Shown here piece after piece: positions 30,365 through 40,107 of a DNA stretch of 64,000 bases. The stretch is from an uncultured Gemmatimonadaceae bacterium (GTDB taxonomy: Bacteria; Gemmatimonadota; Gemmatimonadetes; Gemmatimonadales; Gemmatimonadaceae): assembly GCA_963781585.1 (NCBI GenBank), contig CAWAGQ010000013.1:128001-192000 (forward strand), given 5' to 3'. Under the pieces are notes generated by a model. It ran no database searches, was not told the DNA's origin, and saw only the letters and a program-made list of their open reading frames with translations. A program made the translations under genes and the position numbers. Position 1 is the first letter of the stretch; each line of letters opens with the position of its first letter.

Positions 30365-32074
30365 TCAGGCGGCTCCGGGAGCCGGAATCCATGCCTCGAC
30401 AGTCGTGCCCTCGCCAACGGTGCTGGCGGCGCGCACGTGCCCACCGTGTGCTTCCACGAGGTGACGCACGATGGCGAGACCGAGGCCGGTGCCACCCTCG
30501 TTCCGCGAACGGCCCTCATCCACCCGGTAGAAGCGCTCGAAGATCCTGGGAAGTGCTTCTCGCGAGATACCGCTTCCCGTGTCGCGCACCGCGATAACAA
30601 TTCCGCCGTTCTGGCGTCGGGTGGAGACAACGACTTCGCCGGCGCCCGTGTGGCGCACCGCGTTGTCGACGAGGTTTACGAGGATCTGGCGGATCGCTGT
30701 GTGGTCCGCGTAGACCGCGGCGGCATCAGGGGAAATTTCGGTGCGAAGCCCGATTCCACCGGCCTTGGCCTTGGCGCGAACGGTGGAAAACGCCTCCGCC
30801 GCTGCGACCGCCACATCGACCTCGCTTGGCATCGGGGCCCAGCTACCCGATTCGATCCGCGAGAGGTCGAGGAGGTCGTCGACGATGCGCTGCATGCGAC
30901 GCGTGTTGGAAATGATGGTGGTCACGAATCCCTGGCGCTCCTCGGCGTTCAGGTGTTCGTCCATCAGGGTTTCGGCGAACCCGCCGACCACCGTGAGCGG
31001 CGTCTTCAGCTCGTGGGAGACATTGGCTACGAAGTCGCGCCGGACGGCTTCCAGTCGCCGCACCGGCGTGAGGTCGAACAGCGCCAGCACGGCGCCGCCG
31101 GCGGCGAGGGGGCGTGCGGTGAGGGAGACCGTGCGGTCGCCGAGCCGGAGCTCCAGGGCATCGGTGGCACCGCCGGCCACGGCCGCGTCGATGGCGTCGC
31201 GCAGAACGCGGTCCCGAGGAAGGCGGTCGGCCGGGAATGGTACGGTGTCGCGCACGTCGAGCAGCCGGCGCGCATTCGCGTTCATGTGGACCACGTCGCG
31301 TCGTGCGTCGATGGCCACGGCGCCCTCGTTCAGCGAATCGCTGAGGGCGCGGAGGAGCGCGTCATCGGCCTCGAGGGCCTGCAGGCGGGCCGAGAGCTGC
31401 TCGGCGAGCCGGTGGAACGCGATGGCCAGCTCGCCCACCTCGCCCGGGGCGGCCAGTGATGGACGGTGCTCGAGGTCGCCGCCGGCGATGGCACGAGCGT
31501 CGTCGCGCAGTTCGAGGATGGGCCGGGCGACCGTCCGGGCGAAGAAAACCGCCAGCAGGAGTGCGAACAGCGTGCCCACCGCGGCCACCGTGAGGACATC
31601 GCGCTGCATCCGGCTCACGATCACGTCCTGGGCCCGGGTGCTCACCGACACGCGGGCGATGCCCAGAGTTGTTCGGACGGCGGCGTAGAGTTCCTCATCA
31701 CCCTCCGAGGGGCTGATACGCACCGACGACCCCTCGCCGTCGGCCATCGCCTGAACAACCTCCGGGCGGTGGGCGTGGTTTTCCAGCCTGCCTAACGCTG
31801 GTGGATCGAACTCGGAGTCGCCGATGACCGTGCCGTCGGCGGCAATCAGCGTCACCCGGTGGGCGATGGCGCGACCGGCGTCATCGGCCAGGGAGTCGGC
31901 GTTGGCCCCGGCCCGCCATTGCATGCCCACCAGATGCGCCTCGCGCAGGAGCTCGGCGGCAATGTCTTCGCGCAACCGTGCGCGCAGCCGCCTGTCCAGA
32001 CTGGTGACCGTGAGGACGACGAATGCGCCGATCACCAGGAGTGATCCGGCGATCAGTCGTTGGGTAAGCGTCAA
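30365..32074 (-). CDS. phoR: Phosphate sensor histidine kinase PhoR
   Basis: LENH.HRPEV sensor region, HAMP, PAS, RRDFVANVSHELKTPL H-box, NLVDNA and RIFERFYRVD..RSR..GGTGLGLAI. Confidence 0.9.
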   Translation of the reverse strand: MTLTQRLIAGSLLVIGAFVVLTVTSLDRRLRARLREDIAAELLREAHLVGMQWRAGANADSLADDAGRAIAHRVTLIAADGTVIGDSEFDPPALGRLENHAHRPEVVQAMADGEGSSVRISPSEGDEELYAAVRTTLGIARVSVSTRAQDVIVSRMQRDVLTVAAVGTLFALLLAVFFARTVARPILELRDDARAIAGGDLEHRPSLAAPGEVGELAIAFHRLAEQLSARLQALEADDALLRALSDSLNEGAVAIDARRDVVHMNANARRLLDVRDTVPFPADRLPRDRVLRDAIDAAVAGGATDALELRLGDRTVSLTARPLAAGGAVLALFDLTPVRRLEAVRRDFVANVSHELKTPLTVVGGFAETLMDEHLNAEERQGFVTTIISNTRRMQRIVDDLLDLSRIESGSWAPMPSEVDVAVAAAEAFSTVRAKAKAGGIGLRTEISPDAAAVYADHTAIRQILVNLVDNAVRHTGAGEVVVSTRRQNGGIVIAVRDTGSGISREALPRIFERFYRVDEGRSRNEGGTGLGLAIVRHLVEAHGGHVRAASTVGEGTTVEAWIPAPGAA

Positions 32075-32793
32075 GCGCTACGCGGCTGGGCGGCTCGCAG
32101 GCGGTATCCGAATCCGCGGACGGTCTCGATCAGCTCTCCCGCCGCCCCAAGTTTACTGCGCAAGCGCTGCACGTGCATGTCGACGGTGCGGGTCTGGATG
32201 TCGGGCGCGGCGTCCCACACGGTCTCGAGCAGGTGGCTCCGGCCCTGCACGCGTCCCCGCCGTTCGGCGAGGGTGAGGAGCAGGCGGTACTCGGTGGGGG
32301 TGAGATCGAGGTCACGGCCATCAACCGTGACCCGGTGGGCCGCCCGATCGACCACGATCGGCCCGATACGGATCCGGTCCGCGAGCCCCTGCTGTCCCTG
32401 CACCAGACGCCGCAGAATCGCCCCCACCCGGAGGACGAGTTCCTGGGGACTGAAAGGCTTCGTGAGATAGTCGTCGGCGCCGAGTGACAACCCCTTGATG
32501 CGATCCGGCTCATCGCGTCGCGCGGTGAGCAGCAGGACGGCGATGTCGCGGGTGGTCTCGTCGCGGCGCAGCTCTTCGAGCACCTCGAGCCCCGACATCT
32601 CGGGGAGCATCAGGTCGAGGACGATGAGCCCCGGATGATCCTGCTGGGCTACGCGGAGCGCGTCGCCACCATTGGTCGCCGTGGAGACGCGGTAGCCGGC
32701 CTTGACCAGGTGGTAGGCGACGAGAGCGACAATGTCCGGCTCGTCGTCGACGACGAGGATGCGATCGCCCGGCGGCGCATGATTCAGCGACAT
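32071..32793 (-). CDS. phoB: Response regulator PhoB/PhoP (OmpR family)
   Basis: ILVVDDE, LDLMLP, GADDY.TKPF, TRTVD.HV.RLR.KL and IETVRG.GY; coupled to phoR. Confidence 0.88.
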   Translation of the reverse strand: MSLNHAPPGDRILVVDDEPDIVALVAYHLVKAGYRVSTATNGGDALRVAQQDHPGLIVLDLMLPEMSGLEVLEELRRDETTRDIAVLLLTARRDEPDRIKGLSLGADDYLTKPFSPQELVLRVGAILRRLVQGQQGLADRIRIGPIVVDRAAHRVTVDGRDLDLTPTEYRLLLTLAERRGRVQGRSHLLETVWDAAPDIQTRTVDMHVQRLRSKLGAAGELIETVRGFGYRLRAAQPRSA

Positions 32794-32973
32794 CCGGACT
32801 CCAGCCGGCGATGGATCCTGTCCACGAGCATCTCGATCAGCGCCTCGGCGACCTTTGCGTGCGACGATGGACTTCGCCGATCCGATGCCACGCGCGAAGC
32901 CAATGATGCGGGGCTAACTGGCTCGACGACCGCATCGCCGAGTCGGATTCACGATGCGCTCGCATCTGAGGAA

Positions 32974-33006
32974 ATAGAAGCGACGTCGGTGTCACGGTTT
33001 TGTATC
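32974..33006 (-). promoter_or_regulatory. Pho-box-like repeats upstream of phoBR
   Basis: Minus strand GATAC-N6-GTGAC-N6-GTCGC, 11-bp period. Confidence 0.45.
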
Positions 33007-33068
33007 GCGTCTGGAGGCCGAAGGCCACAGGTCAAAGTCCATGGGCTAAAGGAAATAGGCCAAGAAAA

Positions 33069-33152
33069 AAAGGCCAAAGGCCAAAGGTCAAAGGTCAAAG
33101 GCCAAAGGTCAAAGGCCAAAGGTCAAAGGCCAAAGGTCAAAGGCCAAAGCCC
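33069..33152. repeat. Heptamer tandem repeat (AAAGGYC) x11 plus one degenerate copy
   Basis: Counted directly; further degenerate copies extend left to ~33020. Confidence 0.95.
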
Positions 33153-33312
33153 CAAGACCGGGCAAACGGCGTCGTGCGCGATCCGCCGAGGCAATCCGAA
33201 CTCGTTGCCGCCGGCCGTGCGACGCGGACCTCTCGCCTCCCTGCGGGAGGGGGGTGCGGCTACCTTCCTCGCATGCTCCAGGAACCATCGCCGCTCCGCA
33301 CCCGCAGCGCGC

Positions 33313-33546
33313 ATGTCTGAGTCCATCCGCGTCTACATCAATGCGCGGGGGGTGGATGTGCCGGCCGGGTCCCTCGCGCTGGACGCCGTGCGCGCCTTCG
33401 ACCCGGCGACCGCGGATCTGGTGGCCGCCCGGGATCGCGCCCTGACCGACAGCCGGGGGCTTCCGGTCGAGCCGGACGCGCAGATGTACACGGGCGCCAT
33501 TCTTCGAATCGTCTCCGGGCGGCACCACGCTCCCGGTGCGCCGTAG
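33313..33546 (+). CDS. Small hypothetical protein, possible beta-grasp (ubiquitin/ThiS-like) fold
   Basis: IRVYIN...VDVP.G...LDAV ... GAILRIV pattern; stop lies 3 nt before the add start. Confidence 0.7.
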   Translation: MSESIRVYINARGVDVPAGSLALDAVRAFDPATADLVAARDRALTDSRGLPVEPDAQMYTGAILRIVSGRHHAPGAP

Positions 33547-33549
33547 CGC

Positions 33550-34596
33550 ATGGGGCTCGCGGTCACCCGGGCCTTGCTGGAGCGGCTTCCGAAAGCCGAA
33601 CTCCACTGCCACCTCGACGGCTCGGTGCGCCCCGAGACCCTGCTGGACCTGGGCCGCGAGTATGACGTCGCGATGCCACGCGACGACGCCGAGGCGCTCC
33701 GCAACTATATGGTTGTGCGGGACGCCCGGAGCCTGGAGGACTACCTTCAGCGCTTCGACACCACGCTGTCGGTGATGCAGACCGAGGACGCGCTCGAGCG
33801 GATCGCGTTCGAGCTCGGGGAGGATTGTGCGAGCGAGGGAGTGCGCTATCTGGAGACGCGGTTCGATCCCGTGCTCAGCACCCGCCGCGGACTGTCGGTC
33901 GGCGCGACGATTGAGGCGGTCGTGCGCGGGTTGGAGCGTGCCGGGCAGCGGTATCGCCTCGTTGGGCGGCTGATCGTGACGACGCTGCGCACCCATCCGG
34001 CCACCGAGTCGCTGGAAGTGGCCCGGATGGCAGTGTCCTACAAGGGACGCGGGGTGGTGGGCTTCGATCTGGCCGGTGCGGAGCGCGGACACCCGGCGTC
34101 GGCGCACGCCGAGGCATTTCATTTCGCGCGGGCGCACGACCTCGCCTGCACGTGCCACGCGGGAGAGGGCGATGGCGCGGGGTCGATCCGCCAGGCGGTG
34201 CACGAGTGCTGCGCGGATCGCATCGGCCACGCCACGCGGCTGTTCGAGGACGAGTCGCTGGCGGAGTACGTGAACGACCGGCGGATTCCCCTGGAGATGT
34301 GCCTGACGAGCAACGTCCAGACGCGGGCCGCCGAGTCGTACCAAGCGCATCCGGCGCGGACGTATTTCGATCGCGGGATGAACGTGGTGTTGGGGACCGA
34401 CAACCGGCTGATGAGCGGGACGTCGCTGACCGACGAGTACGAGCATGCCGCACACCGCCTGGGCTTCACGTTCGACGAGCTGGCTCGCATCGCCCTGAAC
34501 GGGTTCGAGAGCGCGTTTCTGCCGTGGCCGGAGCGGGTGTCGCTCATCGAAGCAGCGCGCGCGGACATCGCGCGCCTGACGGGAGCGGCCGCGTGA
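33550..34596 (+). CDS. add: Adenosine deaminase
   Basis: LPKAELHCHLDGS, GFDLAGAE, HAGE, RIGH, LEMC.TSN and TDN. Confidence 0.95.
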   Translation: MGLAVTRALLERLPKAELHCHLDGSVRPETLLDLGREYDVAMPRDDAEALRNYMVVRDARSLEDYLQRFDTTLSVMQTEDALERIAFELGEDCASEGVRYLETRFDPVLSTRRGLSVGATIEAVVRGLERAGQRYRLVGRLIVTTLRTHPATESLEVARMAVSYKGRGVVGFDLAGAERGHPASAHAEAFHFARAHDLACTCHAGEGDGAGSIRQAVHECCADRIGHATRLFEDESLAEYVNDRRIPLEMCLTSNVQTRAAESYQAHPARTYFDRGMNVVLGTDNRLMSGTSLTDEYEHAAHRLGFTFDELARIALNGFESAFLPWPERVSLIEAARADIARLTGAAA

Positions 34597-34791
34597 AGCG
34601 GTCCCGCTTCTCCAGCATCAGCGTAACTACGGTCGTGCCAGTGCGCGTTTCTGCGGTGCTCGGCGCGGAGCGGTACCTGTTCGGCTGGCGGCGAACTCAA
34701 CACGGGACCATGACCGCGCGGGGTCGCGCGGCCATCTGGGCGCGCGGAGGAATGTCCGACGCCGAGTGGCCGCTTTGACGGAGCGGATCTC

Positions 34792-35655
34792 GTGAGTGAG
34801 GCGTCGGTGGCCGTGGACGCGAGCGTTGTGGCCGGCGCGCTGCGCGAGCGACTCGATGTGCGCGCGCCGGCCATCGCGATCGTCCTCGGCTCGGGGCTGG
34901 GAGGACTGGCGAAGCGGGTGGGTCGCGCCCGCTCGGTGCGGTATGCCGACATCCCGGGCTTCGCGGCGCCGGCCGTGGAGGGTCATGCCGGGCTGCTGAT
35001 GGCCGGGGAGCTCGCGGGGCGCGAGGCGCTGGTGCTGGCCGGCCGCTTTCACTTGTACGAGGGACATCCCCCAGCCGCCGCCGGATTCCCGGTCCGGGTG
35101 GCCTCCGCGTTAGGCGCGCGGGTGCTGCTGCTGTCGAACGCGGCCGGAGGAATCCGGCGCACCTTCCGGACCGGCGACCTGATGGTCATCAACGACCACA
35201 TCAATCTGATGTGGCGGAATCCGCTCACCGGTCCGGTCGTGGCCGGGGATGAGCGGTTCCCGGACATGTCGTGTCCGTACGATCCCGCGCTGCGCGCGCT
35301 GCTCCACGAATCCGCCGCTTTCCTCGGCGAGGCATTGCAGGAGGGCGTCTACGCGGGGCTGCTGGGGCCGTCGTACGAAACGCCGGCCGAAATCCGGATG
35401 CTCGAGCGCCTGGGGGCCGACGCGGTGGGCATGTCCACCGTGCCCGAGGTGCTGGTGGCGCGCGCGCTCGGGCTGCGCGTGGCGGGGGTGAGCTGCATAA
35501 CGAATCCGGCCGCTGGCTTGTCGGCCGGGAAGGTCGATCACGCCGATGTGCTCGAACGCTCGGCCGCGGCGGCCGAGCGCTTCGAGCGCATCGTCATCGA
35601 ATTCGTGCGGCGGGTGGAAGAGGGCGACGGCGACGGCGGTGAGGAGACACCGTGA
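34792..35655 (+). CDS. punA: Purine-nucleoside phosphorylase (trimeric PunA/XapA type)
   Basis: IVLGSGLG, GH.G, GRFH.YEG, NAAGG, DHIN, GPSYETPAE and DAVGMSTVPE. Confidence 0.93.
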   Translation: MSEASVAVDASVVAGALRERLDVRAPAIAIVLGSGLGGLAKRVGRARSVRYADIPGFAAPAVEGHAGLLMAGELAGREALVLAGRFHLYEGHPPAAAGFPVRVASALGARVLLLSNAAGGIRRTFRTGDLMVINDHINLMWRNPLTGPVVAGDERFPDMSCPYDPALRALLHESAAFLGEALQEGVYAGLLGPSYETPAEIRMLERLGADAVGMSTVPEVLVARALGLRVAGVSCITNPAAGLSAGKVDHADVLERSAAAAERFERIVIEFVRRVEEGDGDGGEETP

Positions 35656-35697
35656 TTCCGGGGATGATCTCGCGACCGTCGCCGCCGATCAGCGTCA

Positions 35698-36303
35698 CTA
35701 CCAGGACAATCCCACGCTCATCGGGAAGAACTGGAAGTGCGTGTTGCCCACGCTCACCGCGTGATAACGCGACTCGACAAACAGATTCGCTCCGCCCATC
35801 CGGAAACGAAGGCCTCCGCCGGCGTTGAACCCGAGCTTGGTGTCGCTGCTGCTCACGGTGATATCCTGGTCGGTGATGGACGGCTCTACGCGATACACGG
35901 CGGGTCCCGCCAGCAGGTACCAGCCGATACCGCGTCCCTGCGGCGCGACTTCAAGGACGCCGTCCGCGCCAAAGGAGAGCATGCCGTAGTGGCCCGTCGT
36001 GCCAACGGATCCGCCTTCGTCCACCAGGAACCGGTCGGTGAAGTCGTTCCTGTACTGCACTTCACCGCGAAGTCCGAAAACCTGGTCGGGCTGCCGGTAC
36101 TGCACGTACCCGCCGAGGTTCCACCCGGTCTTCGTGACATCGCCGAGGTCACCGCTGGGCACGGTGAGGCCACCCTGGATGCCGACGGAGACCGGCTTGC
36201 CGGCTGGTGGAGCAGCGAATTGGGCCACCGCCACGCGGGGCGCCAGACCAGCCGCGGCCGCGAGGACGACGAGCGAAGCACTGCCAAGAAGAGAACGCTG
36301 CAT
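35698..36303 (-). CDS. Outer-membrane beta-barrel protein (8-stranded type)
   Basis: Signal peptide, amphipathic strands, GFNAGGG, FVESRYH and terminal Trp. Confidence 0.8.
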   Translation of the reverse strand: MQRSLLGSASLVVLAAAAGLAPRVAVAQFAAPPAGKPVSVGIQGGLTVPSGDLGDVTKTGWNLGGYVQYRQPDQVFGLRGEVQYRNDFTDRFLVDEGGSVGTTGHYGMLSFGADGVLEVAPQGRGIGWYLLAGPAVYRVEPSITDQDITVSSSDTKLGFNAGGGLRFRMGGANLFVESRYHAVSVGNTHFQFFPMSVGLSW

Positions 36304-36364
36304 ATTGAACCTCTGGATTCTCCGATGGAGGAAACGGGCGGCGCGCCTGCCGATACCCGGCGAG

Positions 36365-37168
36365 TCAGCGCCGGCCGCGTGAGGTGGTTACCGGCAGCGA
36401 CATCAGCCGGTCGCGAAACGCCCGGTAGGCGGGGGTATCCGTGGTGAGGGTGCGCAGCACGGACGGGCTGATCTGGTCGATCTCCGCCTGCACGGCGGCG
36501 ATGCGGTCCTCTTCCAGCGGGTGGGTGGCGAACCACGCGTCCACCCCGGCCGGCCGGGACTTTCGCTCGTCGAGGAGCGTCTGAAACATCTGCGTCATGC
36601 CGCGCGGATCGATGCCGGCGCGAGTGACATACTGCACGCCGACGTGATCCGCCTGCGCTTCGTCATCGCGGCTGAACTTGGCGAACAGCGCGGTGCCGCC
36701 GACCTGAATCGCGGCGCCGGCCGCCTGACTCTGGCAAACACGCGTCAGCACGCAGGCGAGCGTGACTCCCACGTTGGCGCCCTGCGCCTGCTGCATCTGC
36801 TTCACCGAATGGCGCAGCACCACGTGCCCGATCTCGTGTCCGAGCACCCCCGCCAGTTCGTCCATGCTGGTGGCACGCTCGATCAGCCCGCGGTTCACGT
36901 AGACGTAGCCGCCCGGGACCGCGAATGCGTTGACCTCCTTGCTGTCCACGACAAAAAAGTGCCAGCTGAGTCCCCGCTGATCGGCCACATGTGCAATGGA
37001 GTCGCCGAGCAGGTTGATGTAGCGGTTTACCTCGGCGTCACGGACGATGGGCAGCTGCGCGTTGATCTGCTGGGAGTACTGCTGTCCCATCTGCACCTCT
37101 TGCTGGGTGGAGACGGCGCAGGCGCCCAGAGAGAGGGAGAGGGCGACGACGCCCGGCACGCGCTTCAT
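36365..37168 (-). CDS. M48-family metalloprotease lipoprotein
   Basis: LGAC lipobox, VNAFAVPGG, ELAGVLGHEIGH, FSRDDE.QAD and ATHP. Confidence 0.92.
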   Translation of the reverse strand: MKRVPGVVALSLSLGACAVSTQQEVQMGQQYSQQINAQLPIVRDAEVNRYINLLGDSIAHVADQRGLSWHFFVVDSKEVNAFAVPGGYVYVNRGLIERATSMDELAGVLGHEIGHVVLRHSVKQMQQAQGANVGVTLACVLTRVCQSQAAGAAIQVGGTALFAKFSRDDEAQADHVGVQYVTRAGIDPRGMTQMFQTLLDERKSRPAGVDAWFATHPLEEDRIAAVQAEIDQISPSVLRTLTTDTPAYRAFRDRLMSLPVTTSRGRR

Positions 37169-37298
37169 ATTTCTGGCCAATGCAATGTGCCCGCGGGGCT
37201 TCGAACAGCCGCACCATGAATCGGACGCGGCGAACGACTCGGGGAGAGGATGCCCCGGAGTGCGGACGCCGGCACTCCGGTTCGTATCGAGCACCCTC

Positions 37299-38054
37299 AT
37301 GCGCGTCCTGACGCTCGCGCGTGACCTGCGGCGTCGCAAAGCGCGCGCGCGCGACGCGCTGTTTGTGGCGGAAGGGATTCGCTGCATCGAAGAACTCCTG
37401 CGATCCCCGCTGGACGTGGTTGGCATTCTGGCCGCACCGAAGCTGGCGGAGTCGTCGCGCGGGGCCGCGTTGCTGGAATCGATGAAGTCACAGGGACGGC
37501 TTGTGACCGAGGTGGACGAGAAGGACTTTCGCAGTGCTGCGGAAACGGAGTCGCCGCAAGGGGTGCTCGCCATTGTTCGTGTGCCCGACCGTTCGCTGAG
37601 CGCGCTGGCCGATCTGTCGCCGCTCCGGATGCTCGTCCTCGATGCCGTGCAGGATCCCGGGAATGTCGGGACACTGATTCGCTCGGCCGCGGCCCTTGGT
37701 GCGCACGCGACTGTCGCCCTGCCGGGCACCGTTGACGTCTGGAACGCGAAGGTCGTCCGTAGCGCAATGGGAGCGCACTTCCATCACCTCGCTCTGCATA
37801 CTACCTGGGCCGACCTGGGGGCGTTCCTCGCGGGCACGGGGACGGCGCTCTGGGCCGCTGATCCGCACGGGGAGCCGCTGCCGGCCAGCGCGCCGCCGCG
37901 GCTGGCGATTGCCGTGGGGAACGAGGGGGCCGGGCTCAGCGGCGAGGTGCGCAGCGCGGCGGCGCTCGAGGTTGCCCTTCCACTTGCGGCGGGCGCAGAG
38001 TCGCTCAACGTCGCGGTCGCGGCCGGGATTCTCCTGTACGAGCTGCGGCCGTGA
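37299..38054 (+). CDS. TrmH/SpoU-family RNA methyltransferase
   Basis: FVAEG, PQGVLA, QDPGNVGTLIRSA, GNEGAG and ESLNVAVA. Confidence 0.92.
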   Translation: MRVLTLARDLRRRKARARDALFVAEGIRCIEELLRSPLDVVGILAAPKLAESSRGAALLESMKSQGRLVTEVDEKDFRSAAETESPQGVLAIVRVPDRSLSALADLSPLRMLVLDAVQDPGNVGTLIRSAAALGAHATVALPGTVDVWNAKVVRSAMGAHFHHLALHTTWADLGAFLAGTGTALWAADPHGEPLPASAPPRLAIAVGNEGAGLSGEVRSAAALEVALPLAAGAESLNVAVAAGILLYELRP

Positions 38055-38911
38055 TCGACGCCTTCTCGGGCACGTTTTTCTTTCTCATCGGCGCCGCGGT
38101 CGGGTCGTTCCTGAACGTGTGCATCGCGCGGTGGCCCCACGAGCTGTCGGTGGTCAAGCCGCGGTCGCGGTGCCCCACCTGCGGCCAGCCGATTGCCTGG
38201 TACGACAACGTGCCGCTGGTGAGCTGGCTGGTGCTTCGCGGGCGCTGCCGGCACTGCGGCAACCCGATCTCGGTGCTCTACCCGGCGGTGGAGCTATTGG
38301 TGGCGTTAGGCTGGCTGCTGGCGGCGTCGGCGTTCGGCCCGACCTTCACGGCGGTGCGGGTGGCCGTGTTCGGGACGCTGATGCTCGGCATCGCGGTCAC
38401 CGACGCGCGGCATTACCTGATCCCCGACGGCTTCACGGTCTTCGGATTGATCTGGGTCCTCGGGACCGCGCTGGCGGCGGGTGCACGCGGCGACCTATCG
38501 CCGTTCGCGGGGCCGTACGACGCGCTGATCGGCGCCTGTGCGGGCGCCGGTGCCATCGCCATCGTCGGATGGCTGGGCGAAGTGGCGCTCAAGAAGGAAG
38601 CGATGGGCTTCGGCGACGTCACCCTGATGGCGGTGGCGGGCGGGGCACTGGGGCCGGGGCGCGCGCTCCTCGCCATCTTTCTGGGAGCGATGGCCGGTGC
38701 GGTCGGCTTTGCACTGGTGGTGTATCCGATCGTGAGATTCCGCCGTAGGGACGCAGGTGAACAGATGGAACTCGAGATGGACAATTCGCGCCGGCGCGCG
38801 CTTCCGCAGGTCCCGTTCGGCGTTTTCCTTGCGCCTGTCGCGATCATCGCGTTGGTTTGGGGCGAGCACCTCATTTCCTGGTATGTAGGACGGATGCTGG
38901 CGGCATCGTGA
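38051..38911 (+). CDS. pilD: Prepilin peptidase/N-methyltransferase
   Basis: GSFLNV.I.R.P, two CxxC pairs, D...Y.IPD, MGFGDV.L and PFG.FL. Confidence 0.92.
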   Translation: MIDAFSGTFFFLIGAAVGSFLNVCIARWPHELSVVKPRSRCPTCGQPIAWYDNVPLVSWLVLRGRCRHCGNPISVLYPAVELLVALGWLLAASAFGPTFTAVRVAVFGTLMLGIAVTDARHYLIPDGFTVFGLIWVLGTALAAGARGDLSPFAGPYDALIGACAGAGAIAIVGWLGEVALKKEAMGFGDVTLMAVAGGALGPGRALLAIFLGAMAGAVGFALVVYPIVRFRRRDAGEQMELEMDNSRRRALPQVPFGVFLAPVAIIALVWGEHLISWYVGRMLAAS

Positions 38912-40107
38912 CGGACGAGATTGAGCCCACCTCGCTCCCCCGCAACGGAGCGCTCGCGCGATTCGCGCGCGATCTCACGGCCGAAGCCCGCGAGGGACGG
39001 CTGGAGCCCGTGCGCTGCCGCGCCCCGGAGATCGCCCGACTGATCGACATTCTCCTGCGCCAGGGCAAGAACAATCCGGCGCTGGTAGGACCGGCCGGCG
39101 TCGGCAAGACGGCGATCGCGGAAGGACTGGCGATGCGCCTCGTTGAGGGCGACGTCCCGCTGGCGTTGCGCTCGGCGCGACTGATGGCGGTGGACCACGT
39201 GGCCCTGCTGGCGGGCACGACCTACCGCGGCCAGTACGAGGAACGGATCCGGGTACTGGTCGAGGAGACGCGCTCGCATCCCGACGTCATCCTGTTCATC
39301 GACGAGCTGCACAACCTCATTGGACAGGGAACGGCGTTAGGCGTGGCGATGGACGCGGCCAACATGCTGAAGCCGGCGCTGGTCCGCGGCGACTTCCGGG
39401 TGATCGGCGCCACCACCGACGAGGAATACGACCGCTGGATCCGCACCGATCCGGCGCTGGAACGCCGGTTTCAGCGGCTGCAGGTGACCGAGCTGTCGTC
39501 CGAGGAGACGCTCAAGATCCTGCGCGCCCGCCGCGAACGGCTGGAACGCCACCACAACGTGGTCATCTCCGACGACGCGCTGCGCGCCGCGGTCGCCCTC
39601 ACCGACCAATACCAGACCGATCGCCGCCGCCCCGACCGCGCCATCGACGCCCTGGATGAAGCCTGCGCACACACGCATGCACTGGCGCACTATTCGGATC
39701 GGGCGCAGCAGCTCATCCTGCGGCGGCGCCAGCTCCTGCGCTCGGCGCCGGCGGCGAGGGAGGCCGAACGCGAGTCCGCTCCCGAAGACGATCCCATCGA
39801 TCAGTTCGCGCGCGATGGCATTTCGGCGCTCCAGCGATTCGGCGCCGAGCTCGAGGCCATGTTCGTCGGTCCACCGATCGACGGCAATGGCGACGGGCCC
39901 GAGCGCACCAACGTGCCGCGCGTGGCCGTGCCCGAGGCACCCGCGCCTCAGCCGGAACCGGCGGTGGACCTGCCCACCACTCTCCCGGCCGCGGAGCGCG
40001 CGCTCACCGACCTGCTGCACGCGGAGAGCGTGGTGGTGCGCGGCGTGGACGTGGCACGCGTAGTGGCGGTGTCGACGGGGCGCGAGGTGACATGGGCCGC
40101 CGCGTAG
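38908..40107 (+). CDS. Clp/Hsp100-like ATPase with only the first AAA+ module
   Basis: KNNP.LVG.AGVGKT, AGT.YRG.YEER, LFIDELH, IGATT..EY, ALERRF and PD.AID.LDEA; no N-domain and no second NBD. Confidence 0.85.
   Translation: MTDEIEPTSLPRNGALARFARDLTAEAREGRLEPVRCRAPEIARLIDILLRQGKNNPALVGPAGVGKTAIAEGLAMRLVEGDVPLALRSARLMAVDHVALLAGTTYRGQYEERIRVLVEETRSHPDVILFIDELHNLIGQGTALGVAMDAANMLKPALVRGDFRVIGATTDEEYDRWIRTDPALERRFQRLQVTELSSEETLKILRARRERLERHHNVVISDDALRAAVALTDQYQTDRRRPDRAIDALDEACAHTHALAHYSDRAQQLILRRRQLLRSAPAAREAERESAPEDDPIDQFARDGISALQRFGAELEAMFVGPPIDGNGDGPERTNVPRVAVPEAPAPQPEPAVDLPTTLPAAERALTDLLHAESVVVRGVDVARVVAVSTGREVTWAAA

Noticed and set aside
33069..33152. Repeat array as CRISPR or as coding KGQRSK repeats
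   Set aside because: The 7-bp units have no spacers and no cas genes are present; the peptide repeats are a by-product of the DNA repeat
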